This document shows, piece after piece, positions 29,802 to 38,904 of a DNA stretch of 64,000 bases. The stretch is from Nannocystis bainbridge. Its GTDB lineage: Bacteria > Myxococcota_A > Polyangia > Nannocystales > Nannocystaceae. The notes beneath the pieces are model-generated. The model searched no databases. It was not told where the DNA came from and saw only the letters and a program-made list of their open reading frames with translations. The stretch covers positions 640,001 to 704,000 of the forward strand of contig NZ_JAQNDL010000004.1 in assembly GCF_028368995.1 (NCBI RefSeq), given 5' to 3'. The position numbers and the translations under genes are program-made. How positions within the stretch are numbered: the stretch's first letter is position 1; each line of letters starts with the position of its first letter.

Positions 29802-29957
29802 GCTTAAAGTCTCCCTCGTTCGGTCTTATCACAGCCCGCCGCAGGCCCCCGGGCGCGCCGGCGTGCGCTGACCCGGAGGCGTGACACCGCTGTGATTGCC
29901 GTGCGCTTCCGCGCGAGCCGGGCCGCGAGCCGCGAGCCGTGAATTGCGAGTCGGCGA

Positions 29958-31034
29958 TCAGGGGGCAGGCCGGCGCTGCCAGGGGGTCGTGACCGCGGCC
30001 AGCTCGGCGAACGAGATCCCCCAGGCTTTTGTGGCGTCGAGGGCGGCCGCGCGGCGCTGCAGGTCCTCGGGGGCCAGGGGCTCGTCCTGCGCCAATGCGA
30101 GGACGATCCATTCGTTGCTGCCGGGGCGGCGGACCACGTGGACCTGGGGGAACACCTCGGCGATGGCGTTCACGTGGACGTCGTAGCCGGTCAAATGGTG
30201 GATGTTGAAGGCCGCGGCGCCGCCGGGGCTGAGGCGCTGCTTGACGCGGCGGAGAAACCCGAGGCCGCGCAATTCCTCGGGCACGCCGGCGTTGTCGGTG
30301 CCAGGGGCGCCGGGGTCGAGGAAGGCGTCGAGCCAGATGATGTCGTAGGTGGGGCCCTCGCCGGCGATGAAGCGCACGGCGTCGTCGGTGAAGATGCCGA
30401 GGCGCGGGCCCGGGACCACGCCGAACCACTCGGCGGCCAGGCGCACGACCTCCGGGTCGATCTCGACGGCGTCGATGTGGGCCGCGGGCAGGCGCGAGTG
30501 GAACCAGCGGACCAGGGTGCCGCCGCCGAGGCCGACGACGAGCAGGCGCCGCGGAGCGTCGACGACCATGAAGGGCGCGGCCATGGCCTCGGCGTAGGCG
30601 TGGGCGGGCACGTCGGGGTCGGTGAGGTCGATGATGGTCTGCACCCACTCGTCGCCGCGCTTGCGCACGAACCCGAGGGTGCGCTTGGTGCCCTGCTGTT
30701 GCACGCGGATCTTCGAGAACGGCGAGGTCGCCTCGGCGAGCAGCTTGCGCCCGCGGACGCGCTCGGGCGCGACCGGGGCCGGCAAGGCGACGGCGGCGGG
30801 GGCGGCCACGGTCGGGGGGCTGGCGACCGGCGCCTCCTCGGCGGCGGGGCGATTGCATGCACCTGTCCCCGGGGACAGGGAGAGGACGGCGAGCAGGGAC
30901 GCGAGCGGGCCGCGGTGGACCGGCCGAGATGGACTTTGGTTGTCTGTCCCTCGGGACAGGTCGTGCCGATCACGAACGACGCGCGCGCCGGGGCGACGCG
31001 CGGGCGGAGAGGAGGGGTCGTCGAGGTCGCGCAC
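29958..31034 (-). CDS. Spermidine-synthase-like SAM-dependent methyltransferase (start uncertain)
   Basis: LVVGLGGG, VEIDPEVV, DDA..F, YDIIWLDAF. Confidence 0.8.
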   Translation of the reverse strand: MRDLDDPSSPPARRPGARVVRDRHDLSRGTDNQSPSRPVHRGPLASLLAVLSLSPGTGACNRPAAEEAPVASPPTVAAPAAVALPAPVAPERVRGRKLLAEATSPFSKIRVQQQGTKRTLGFVRKRGDEWVQTIIDLTDPDVPAHAYAEAMAAPFMVVDAPRRLLVVGLGGGTLVRWFHSRLPAAHIDAVEIDPEVVRLAAEWFGVVPGPRLGIFTDDAVRFIAGEGPTYDIIWLDAFLDPGAPGTDNAGVPEELRGLGFLRRVKQRLSPGGAAAFNIHHLTGYDVHVNAIAEVFPQVHVVRRPGSNEWIVLALAQDEPLAPEDLQRRAAALDATKAWGISFAELAAVTTPWQRRPAP

Positions 31035-31073
31035 GCGCGGATGGTAGCATCCGCGCGGGCCGGAGCGTCCGCT

Positions 31074-32513
31074 TCAGACGCGCAGCTCGGCGCTCGGGCG
31101 CGGCACGGCGAGGTCGTCGAGCAAGGCGCGGGCGCACGGGAGCACGACCGAGCGCATGCACTGGGCGGCCAGGGCGATGCGCTCGGCGGCGGGGAGGCGG
31201 CCGTGGCGGCGCAGGAGGGCCGGTTCGAGGCGGTCGGGCGGAGGCGCGGCGATCTGGACGGTGAGGGCCTCGGCGACGGCGCGGCGCAGGCCGGGGCCGC
31301 CGCGCGACAGGGCCCACTGGACGGTGCGCCAGGCCAGCGCGGCGTGGCGCCCCTCGTCGGCGGCGATCCGGCGCAGGGTGGCGGCGAGGGCCGGATCGTC
31401 ACATGTCCTCGCGGCCAGGTCGAGCTCGGCCGCGGCGAGGGTCTCGCCGACGCAGCCCTCGCGCACGACGGCGGCGACGAGGGCTGCCAGATCGCCGGGA
31501 CCTTCGAGGGCGCCGGCCACGGCCAGCGGCCCGGGGCCGAGCGGGGCGCCGGCGTAAGCACCGGCGATGGCGAAGGCGAGGCGAGCGTGCAGGACCTCGT
31601 CGAGCTGGGCGGCGCAGGCCTCGTGGACCAGGGCGGGCGGGGCGGCGTGGGCGAGCAGCTGCAGGCTGAAGCGCGCGAACGAGGCGACCGAGGCGTGTTC
31701 GGCGAGGGCGTCGGCGGTCCACAGCGCCGCGAGCTCGGCGCGAGCGGCCGCGTCGAGGCCGGCGACGAAGGCGGGGGCGGGGCCGCCGGCGTCGGCGTGC
31801 CAGTCGCGGCGATCGATCGCCGCGGCGGTGCGAGCTGTCCCTTCGACCAGGAAGGGGCGGCCGTCGGTGCAGTTCCAGCTGTACTCGATCACGTGGCAGC
31901 ACTGGCCCTCGATGGTGAACGGGCCGCACGCGAGCTTGAAGCCGAAGTCGGGGCACACTTCGGGGAGCGAGCCGAGGCAGTCGGGCGCGCACGCGTCACA
32001 GCTCTCCAGGCCGTCGGCCAGCGGCGCGCAGATCTGCATGTAATCGTAGCATTGGGACGTGTCGTAATCCTCGCAGCCGGGGATCTCGAGCAGGTCGGCG
32101 GGCATGACCTCGTCGCCGAGGTCCATGAGGTTGACGCAGGCGGGGCCGGTGGTGGTGTCGGCCGTGGTGCTCGAGGAGGTCGTGGTGGTGGTGTCGTCGG
32201 TGGTGCTGGTCGTGGTCGTGGTCGTGGTCGCCGGCTCGACGGGGCCGGTGCTGTCGCTGGTGGTGACGATCGTGGTGCTGGTGCCGGTGGTGGAGGTGGT
32301 CGTCAGCGGGCCGGTGGTCGGGTCGCCGGGGATGGTTGTGGTGCCCGGCGCGGTGGTGCTGCCGTTCGTGGTGGTGGTGGTGGTGGTGGTGCCCGTTCCG
32401 GTGGCGGTGCCGGCGTCGTCGAGCGGCGGCCGGGGGCACCCTGCCGCGACGGTGAGGCCGAGAGCGTGGAGGAGAGCGACCCGGAGACAGGAGAGCGAAG
32501 AGGCGGCCGACAT
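31074..32513 (-). CDS. Lipoprotein with Thr-rich stalk, Cys-rich module and C-terminal ferritin-like domain
   Basis: Lipobox AAGC; poly-Thr; CC....C..GRP; AEHASVASFARF, DEVLHA, REGCVGET, DEGRHA. Confidence 0.8.
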   Translation of the reverse strand: MSAASSLSCLRVALLHALGLTVAAGCPRPPLDDAGTATGTGTTTTTTTTNGSTTAPGTTTIPGDPTTGPLTTTSTTGTSTTIVTTSDSTGPVEPATTTTTTTSTTDDTTTTTSSSTTADTTTGPACVNLMDLGDEVMPADLLEIPGCEDYDTSQCYDYMQICAPLADGLESCDACAPDCLGSLPEVCPDFGFKLACGPFTIEGQCCHVIEYSWNCTDGRPFLVEGTARTAAAIDRRDWHADAGGPAPAFVAGLDAAARAELAALWTADALAEHASVASFARFSLQLLAHAAPPALVHEACAAQLDEVLHARLAFAIAGAYAGAPLGPGPLAVAGALEGPGDLAALVAAVVREGCVGETLAAAELDLAARTCDDPALAATLRRIAADEGRHAALAWRTVQWALSRGGPGLRRAVAEALTVQIAAPPPDRLEPALLRRHGRLPAAERIALAAQCMRSVVLPCARALLDDLAVPRPSAELRV

Positions 32514-32899
32514 CCTCGCCAGGCTACGCGGACGCCGGCGGCCGCGGAACCTGGCGCCGGGGCGGGACATCACGCGCACGGTCCCGGCGGCGGTGATGGA
32601 TCGCGGGCGCGCCGGCCACGGCGGGCGGTCGGCCGTCCGCGCTGCGCGGTGGCGACCGCGGATGTCCCAAGGGCCATGTCGGCCCGGTCGCTCGTCCGCC
32701 GCCGGCGACGGGCGACGCATTCGCCACGGTCGCGGTCGCCAGCCGCGCAGGTCGGGCGACGGCGCCGCGAATGGCCTGCTTCGATCGGGGGGACGCCGCA
32801 GCCAATCACCGCACCGCGGCGCGGCAGACGAGCGACGGCCGTCGGATCTGCGGCGGGCTCGCGTCGGCGCGCCCGCGGCACGGTGCTACACGGATCGCC

Positions 32900-33709
32900 G
32901 TGAACGGGTCTGCTCAGCTCTGCCTCGCAATCGCCAGCCGACGCGTGGAGGTCGAGTCCGCGTCGCAGGCCGTCCATGGGTTTCTGCGCCGGATCGGCGT
33001 CGACGACGAGGCCTGTTGGCGCACCGACGTCGCGGTCCGCGAGGCGGTCGCCAACGCGATCGTGCACGGCAACGGCGAGGACCCTGGCAAGCAGGTCGGC
33101 GTCGCGGTCGAACTCGGCGGCGGGCGGGTGACCGTGCGCGTCCACGACGAGGGCGCCGGGTGGGACGGGGCGCGATTGGCCGATCCGCGCGAGGAGTCGC
33201 GCCGGCTCGAGCCGCGCGGGCGCGGGGTGTTCTTGATGCGCCACTTCATGGACGAGGTGGTCCACGATCGCCGGGCCGGCGGCGGGACGACGGTGACGAT
33301 GTCGACGCGCCTGCACGACCGCGTGAAGCCGCCGAGCGTGAGCTACGAGCCGCTGGCGCGGGAGGCCAGGACCGTCGTGGCGCTGCGCCAGCGCGGCGAG
33401 GTCCGCGTGTTCGAGCCGATCGGCAAGCTCACGATCGGCGCCGGCGCGGTGGCCCTGCGCGAGGCGGTGTTCGCGGCGCTGGCCGGCGGGACGCGCAAGA
33501 TCGTCGTCGACCTCGGCAAGGTGACGACGGTCGACTCGTCGGGCATCGGCGCGCTGGTCAGCGCGTTCTCGTCGGCGCTGAACTGCGACGGGCAGCTGGC
33601 GCTGTGCCGGGTGCCGCCGAAGGTGCTCGAGCTCCTGCTGGTGACCCATCTCATCGGCGTGTTCGAGGTGTACGCCGGCGAGCTCGAGGCGGTCGTGGCG
33701 CTCGAGTAG
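32900..33709 (+). CDS. Anti-sigma factor kinase (RsbW-like) fused to anti-anti-sigma STAS (RsbV-like)
   Basis: EAVANAIVHG, V.DEG.G and GRG.FLM..FMDEV, then VDLGKVTTVDSSGIGAL. Confidence 0.85.
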   Translation: MNGSAQLCLAIASRRVEVESASQAVHGFLRRIGVDDEACWRTDVAVREAVANAIVHGNGEDPGKQVGVAVELGGGRVTVRVHDEGAGWDGARLADPREESRRLEPRGRGVFLMRHFMDEVVHDRRAGGGTTVTMSTRLHDRVKPPSVSYEPLAREARTVVALRQRGEVRVFEPIGKLTIGAGAVALREAVFAALAGGTRKIVVDLGKVTTVDSSGIGALVSAFSSALNCDGQLALCRVPPKVLELLLVTHLIGVFEVYAGELEAVVALE

Positions 33710-33710
33710 T

Positions 33711-33782
33711 AGTGTTCTTTAGGACATGTCTCGAAGGGCATGTCGTAAAGAACATGCGCTTCGAGACATGTCCCGAAGGGCT
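33711..33782. repeat. TGTC-N6-GACA array
   Basis: CATG at 33725, 33739, 33753 and 33767; fills the whole convergent intergenic gap. Confidence 0.85.
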
Positions 33783-34189
33783 CACAGGTCGTGGTCGCCC
33801 ATGGCCTCGGGCTGGTAGAGGATCTCGAGCACGCGGAGCTCGGCGACCCGACCGCCCGGCAGCGGCCACTCGATGGCCTGGCCGACGGTGAGGCCGAGCA
33901 GGGCGCTGCCGACCGGGGCGAGCACGGAGACGCGATCGGGGCCGGCGTCGCCGGGATAGACGAGGGTGAGCTCGAACTCCCGCTCGCTGTGCTGCTCGCG
34001 TAAGCGCACGCGTGAGTTCATCGACACCACGTCGGGCGGGAGCGCGGTCGAGTCGACGACGGCGGCGCGCTCGAGCTCGTCGTCGAGGGCCTCGGCGGCG
34101 TCGGTACCGCGGACCGGGGGGCTGGCGAGCAGGCGCTTGAGCCGGCCGAGGTCGTGGCGAGAGATCGTGATCGGGACGTCGGTTTGCAT
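33782..34189 (-). CDS. rnk: Regulator of nucleoside diphosphate kinase (GreA/B family)
   Basis: L..ELERA.VV....LP.DVVSMNSRV...LTLVYP....VSVLAPVGSALLGL.VG..I.W.LP.G...YQPEA.G. Confidence 0.92.
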   Translation of the reverse strand: MQTDVPITISRHDLGRLKRLLASPPVRGTDAAEALDDELERAAVVDSTALPPDVVSMNSRVRLREQHSEREFELTLVYPGDAGPDRVSVLAPVGSALLGLTVGQAIEWPLPGGRVAELRVLEILYQPEAMGDHDL

Positions 34190-34203
34190 GGCGTGGCCTC
34201 GGG

Positions 34204-34237
34204 AAAAAGACGAAGCCCGCCGGAGCGGCGGGCTTCG
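34204..34237 (-). terminator. Intrinsic terminator in the rnk 5' leader (putative attenuator)
   Basis: Perfect 11-bp stem CGAAGCCCGCC/GGCGGGCTTCG followed on the minus strand by TCTTTTT, ending about 15 nt before the rnk ATG. Confidence 0.75.
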
Positions 34238-34480
34238 GCCTAAGAATGCGCGACGGTCCGGACCTGTGCAACCGCGGCGGGCGGGCGGCGCGCGCGAGGG
34301 CCGAAACCTGGCCGTTGCGACAGGTGGAGCGCCGGCGCGGCCGGCGGTCGCGGCCGCGCGGGCGTCGTCCGCGCTGGACACGAATGCGACAGCAAGACCC
34401 GGAGTGCCGCGGGCCGCCGGACCGGCTAGCGTGGCGGAAGCGGCGGGGTGGTCCGCCGAACAACAGGAGCACGAGCGCCC

Positions 34481-35554
34481 ATGTCCACCAATTCCGCCGC
34501 GCGCGCGGCAGCCGTCACCTGCGATCCTCGCTGGCCGGCCCTGGTCGCGGCCGATCCGAACGCCGACGACAACTTCTTCTACTCGGTCATGACGACCGGC
34601 GTGTACTGCCGCCCGTCGTGTGCCTCGCGGACGCCGCGGCCGGAGAACGTCGCCTTCCACGCCACGGTGGCCGAGGCCGAGGCCGCGGGGTTCCGCGCGT
34701 GCAAGCGCTGCAAGCCGGGCGGGCCGTCGCAGGCCGAGCTGCACGCGGAGATGGTGGCGGCGCTGTGTCGCTACATCGAGGGCGCCGAGACTGCGCCGCG
34801 GCTGGAGGTGCTGGCGGCGCAGGCGGGCCTGAGCGCGTACCACGTGCACCGGATCTTCAAGGCGGTGACGGGCGTGACGCCGCGCGCCTACGCGGCCGCC
34901 CGTCGCGACGCGCGCCTGCGCGAGGAGCTGCGGCGCGGCAGCTCGGTCACCGAGGCCATCCACGGCGCGGGCTACGGCTCGGGCGGCCGCTTCTACGCGC
35001 GCGCCGAGCAGGTGCTGGGCATGACGCCGTCGGCCTACCGCGCCGGCGGAGCGGCCACGGCGATCCACTTCGCCGTCGGCGAGTGCTCGCTCGGATCGAT
35101 CCTGGTCGCCGCCAGCACGCGCGGGGTGTGTGCGATCCTGCTGGGCGACGATCCGGACCGGCTGGTGCGCGACCTGCAGGACCGGTTCCCGCGCGCCGAG
35201 CTGATCGGCGACGACCCGGCGTTCGAGCGCCAGGTGGCGACGGTGATCGCGTTCGTCGAGGCGCCCGGGCTCGGCCTCGACCTGCCGCTCGACGTCCGCG
35301 GCACCGCGTTCCAGCAGCGCGTGTGGCAGGCGCTGCGCGGCATCCCGCCCGGCGCGAAGGTCTGCTACGCCGACATCGCCGAGCGCATCGGGGCGCCGCG
35401 CTCGGTCCGGGCCGTGTCCCAGGCCTGCGCCGCGAACGCGCTGGCGGTGGCGATTCCGTGCCATCGCGTGGTCCAGCGCGACGGCGGGCTGTCGGGCTAC
35501 CGCTGGGGCGTCGAGCGCAAGCGCAAGCTGCTCGACCGCGAAGCCAGCGCGTGA
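34481..35554 (+). CDS. ada: Bifunctional transcriptional activator / O6-methylguanine-DNA methyltransferase
   Basis: TTGVYCRPSC, GFRACKRC, HTH region, GTAFQQRVW, IPCHRVV. Confidence 0.95.
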   Translation: MSTNSAARAAAVTCDPRWPALVAADPNADDNFFYSVMTTGVYCRPSCASRTPRPENVAFHATVAEAEAAGFRACKRCKPGGPSQAELHAEMVAALCRYIEGAETAPRLEVLAAQAGLSAYHVHRIFKAVTGVTPRAYAAARRDARLREELRRGSSVTEAIHGAGYGSGGRFYARAEQVLGMTPSAYRAGGAATAIHFAVGECSLGSILVAASTRGVCAILLGDDPDRLVRDLQDRFPRAELIGDDPAFERQVATVIAFVEAPGLGLDLPLDVRGTAFQQRVWQALRGIPPGAKVCYADIAERIGAPRSVRAVSQACAANALAVAIPCHRVVQRDGGLSGYRWGVERKRKLLDREASA

Positions 35555-35558
35555 CGGC

Positions 35559-35680
35559 TGCATGACCGAGGGGACATGTCCCTTCGGTCATGGCCGATGG
35601 TGTCGAGCGAAATGTCCGAGGGGACATGTCCGATGGGTCATCATCGTGTGACCGGCAGGACATGTCCGTTCGGTCATGGC
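35559..35680. repeat. Three TGTC-N6-GACA doublets
   Basis: Junction triplets 35561/35575/35589, 35611/35625/35639 and 35647/35661/35675. Confidence 0.85.
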
Positions 35681-36306
35681 GGAGGCGCCGCGCAGGCGCC
35701 CACCGCCGCGAACTTCGCGGCGCAGGCGAACCCCTTCTCGGTCAAGGCGCACAGCTCGCCCTCGATGCAGTCTTGGGCCAGCGGGTCGCAGGTGGCGAGG
35801 CACATGTAGTGATAGTCGCCGAAGCTCTTGGCGCACACCTGGCCCTCGGGACATTGCGGGGTGACGGCGGCGCCGTCGCAGAGCTCGACGCACACGCCCT
35901 GCTCGCTGGGGATCACGTTCCAGCACAACAGGCCGGCGGCGCAGTCGTCGAGGCCGGTGCCGTAGCCGCCCTCGGCGATGCAGAGCTCGGCGATCTGGGC
36001 CGGGCTGTCGTCCAGCGGCACGCAGCGGGCCCCGTCGAGGGTCTGGTCGCCGGCGGTGCTGTAGAGGTTGCACTTCTGGCCCTCGGGACAGTCCTGCAGC
36101 CACGGGTCGCACTCGAACACGGGGCCAGGGCCGAAATCCGCCGCGGGGCCGGTCGGGTCGCCGCCGGTGGGCTCGCTGCTCGACGCCGGCTCGCCGTCGT
36201 CGTTTTCGTCGACCGGCTGGTCGCTCGTGTCAGCGCCACCGGCGGCCTCGCACGCGAGCGCGAGGGCGAGCGGGGCGAGCCGAAGGATCGAGATCGTGCG
36301 CGACAT
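35674..36306 (-). CDS. Cys-rich lipoprotein of unknown function
   Basis: Lipobox ALAC; CDPWLQDCPEGQKC ... CDPLAQDC..G..C repeats. Confidence 0.75.
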   Translation of the reverse strand: MSRTISILRLAPLALALACEAAGGADTSDQPVDENDDGEPASSSEPTGGDPTGPAADFGPGPVFECDPWLQDCPEGQKCNLYSTAGDQTLDGARCVPLDDSPAQIAELCIAEGGYGTGLDDCAAGLLCWNVIPSEQGVCVELCDGAAVTPQCPEGQVCAKSFGDYHYMCLATCDPLAQDCIEGELCALTEKGFACAAKFAAVGACAAPPP

Positions 36307-36540
36307 GAGCGAGTTCCTCCATTCTCCACGCTAGCGGATCCGCCAGGCCCGCGCCGCGCGGGCGAGCGGAACCGCGACGGACGTCGCGCGGGTCGATTCG
36401 CCGTCAATGGTGGTACTCGGGGTGCGCCCATTGCGGGTCATCGCCATGTGCGACGATCGCGGGGCCGGACGCGAGCCCGCGGGCCGAGTTGAAGCCGGGC
36501 CTGCGGGCATCTACGCTGGTGAAATGAGCGGGGCAGGGTC

Positions 36541-37431
36541 GTGACGGTGCGCGCGGAGAGCCTCGATCTTTCGCTGCGCGAGGTGCTGTTGCTGCTCGAT
36601 CGCGGGATCCGGGCGGTCCAGGCCGAGCGCGGCCTGGTGGTCGACGGCGTCGTCGGCCCGAGGACGCGGGCCGCCCTCGACGACCTGCTGCGCGCGCCGA
36701 CCGGGGTGCCGCGCGGCAAGGGGATGTTCGTCCGCTCGGTGAAGCACGTCGGCTCGATCGAGGCGATGATGGCCCGAGTGGCGCAAGCCGGGCTGGGCTG
36801 GCTGGCGTTCCAGTGCATCTGGCAATACGCCGACAAGAAGAGCGCGGTGTGGACCGGCTTCTCGCGCCACGCCGCGGCGCTGCGCGCGGCCGGCCACGCG
36901 TGCTGGGTGTGGGGATTCCCGTACGCGGGGCGCGAGGCGGAATTCGTCGATGTCTTGCTCGGCACGGCGACCGGTTGCGGCGCGGCGGGCGTGCTCGTCG
37001 ACGCCGAATTGCCGTACGTCGAGGCGCCGGAGGCGGCGGCGCGATTGATGGCAGCGCTCTTGCCTGCCGCGCGCCGGGCCGGGCTGGCGGTCGGGCTGAC
37101 CTCGTACGGCGCGCCGTGGAACTTCCCGCGGTTCCCGTGGGCGGCGTTCACCGGGGTCGACTTCGCGGCGCCGCAGATCTACGACGCGAGCAACAATCAG
37201 GGCCCGGGCTACGCGCAGCGGTCGATCGCGGCCTATCGCACGCTCGGCTTCTCGCGCGTGGTCCCGGCCGGCCCGACGTTCGGCAAGACCGCCGCGCAAT
37301 GGTCGGCCCTTCACGCGTCGCTGCCGGTGCCCGACGGGGCGGTGGTGTGGTGGGATTGGTTCAACAGCACGCAGAATCCGTTCACCTGGAACGGCGTGCG
37401 AGATTTCGTGGTGCCGCCGCGGAATGTGTAG
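36541..37431 (+). CDS. Peptidoglycan-binding domain + putative glycoside hydrolase (TIM-barrel-like)
   Basis: PGBD motif Q...GL.VDGVVGP.T; then VWG, GVLVDAE and PQIY typical of GH-type barrels. The N-terminus may be truncated. Confidence 0.65.
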   Translation: MTVRAESLDLSLREVLLLLDRGIRAVQAERGLVVDGVVGPRTRAALDDLLRAPTGVPRGKGMFVRSVKHVGSIEAMMARVAQAGLGWLAFQCIWQYADKKSAVWTGFSRHAAALRAAGHACWVWGFPYAGREAEFVDVLLGTATGCGAAGVLVDAELPYVEAPEAAARLMAALLPAARRAGLAVGLTSYGAPWNFPRFPWAAFTGVDFAAPQIYDASNNQGPGYAQRSIAAYRTLGFSRVVPAGPTFGKTAAQWSALHASLPVPDGAVVWWDWFNSTQNPFTWNGVRDFVVPPRNV

Positions 37432-37714
37432 AGTCGGGGGCCGCGGCGCGGCGTGCAGGCGCTGCCGGGACCGGCGCGCGGGCGTCGACGGTTTTCGCAG
37501 CTCGTGGCCATCGCCCGTTGAGGGCGGGTCTCGAGGTCTCGCGCCGACAGGTCGACTGCGCCGGCTCGCTCGCACGCGCGCGGGCCGCATGATCACGCAG
37601 GGCGCCGGGGCCGGGGCCGGTCGCCACCGCGCCCGGCGCGTCCGAGGGCCGTCGCCGCCCTGCCTCCGGAGCCGCGACCGCCCGGCGCGCCGACGATCTG
37701 CGAGACTGCGGCCC

Positions 37715-38272
37715 ATGACCGACACGCAGGCAGGCGACCGAACATCCTTGCTCGGCGTGATCCTCGGGCTCAGCGTCGGCGTGCTGATCGGCGGAGGGGT
37801 CACCTACCTCGGCGTCGACGCCACCGCCGCGGAGCTGCGCCTGCGCAGCGGCGGCGACATCGTCGAGGCCGACGTGCTCGACACGCGGGTGATGAAGGCG
37901 CGCAACACCGGGACCACGTACGAGGTCCGGTACGCTTTCACGCTGGCGGGAGCGGCCGAGACGTACACCCTCAGCGACGGGACCGGCCGCGAGGGCCTGT
38001 GGACCGCGCTGCCCGTGGCCGACTGGGAGGCCGCGCGCGCGTCGGGGAAGGTGGCAGTGCGCTACCTGCCGGGCGACCCGTGGGTGAGCCGTCCGGTCAA
38101 CGCCGCCGCGCCGCCGCTCGGCGACTCGATCGCCGGGCTCGTCCTGGGTCTGCTGATCGCGCTGCCCTGCTTGCTGTTGCTCGTCCGGGTCCTGATTCGC
38201 CGCCCGCCGCCGCCGCTCGTGGCCGCGAGTGAAGAAGTGCGGGCGCGACCGGGCCGGCGGTCCGCGGACTGA
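37715..38272 (+). CDS. DUF3592-like membrane protein
   Basis: TM, Y.VRY.F, V.VRYLP.DP, second TM. Confidence 0.7.
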   Translation: MTDTQAGDRTSLLGVILGLSVGVLIGGGVTYLGVDATAAELRLRSGGDIVEADVLDTRVMKARNTGTTYEVRYAFTLAGAAETYTLSDGTGREGLWTALPVADWEAARASGKVAVRYLPGDPWVSRPVNAAAPPLGDSIAGLVLGLLIALPCLLLLVRVLIRRPPPPLVAASEEVRARPGRRSAD

Positions 38273-38904
38273 ACTTGGTCGGGGCGGGCGAGGCCGGCCG
38301 GTTCGACCTCGGTGCCTATCGTGGGAGCGTCGCGCTCGTCGGCCCTGGCCGGCGGACAATGGCATCACGCCAGAATGCAATGTGCCAGTGACCTCGAATC
38401 GCCCATGACAGGCGCTGCGCGCGCAAAATTCGCGCCGAACCATGTCCGCCACCGGCGTGGAGCGCCCCCAGGCCGAGGGGCAAGTTCGCCCATGGGTCGG
38501 GCCGCGGCAGGTGCGGAGCCCAGACCACAAACGGCGCTCGCCTGCGCCGAATTTGCGCCCCGAACCGGGCTCGAATGCGCGATGTCGCGCGACTGAGACG
38601 CGAAGGGGCGAAAATGACCTGAATTCGCCAGGAGAAGATCTCCCGCGAACGGTCCAGCTGGGTCTCGCTCTGGGTCCGAATCTGCGAAACCGCGAGCGGC
38701 CCGCGGTTGCGACGCGTACCTTGTTCCCCTCGAGGGCTGGGTAAAACGCGAACTTGGCGCCGCTGAATCGACCCATTCGATTGCGAGCGAGGCCGCGCAT
38801 TATCGGGGGATGCGGCCGCGGCTTCACGGTGCATTCCCTGGCTTCCATCGCCAATCCTTTTCGTGAAGATATCGCTGGGCGTCCCACAAACCCAGGAGAT
38901 TGCG

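Noticed and set aside
33711-33782. 14-bp arrays as mini-CRISPR, parS, CRP or p53-like sites
   Set aside because: The variable part is only 6 nt. The motif differs from parS (16 bp) and from CRP (TGTGA-N6-TCACA). The GGACATGTCC resemblance to a p53 half-site arises only at unit junctions.
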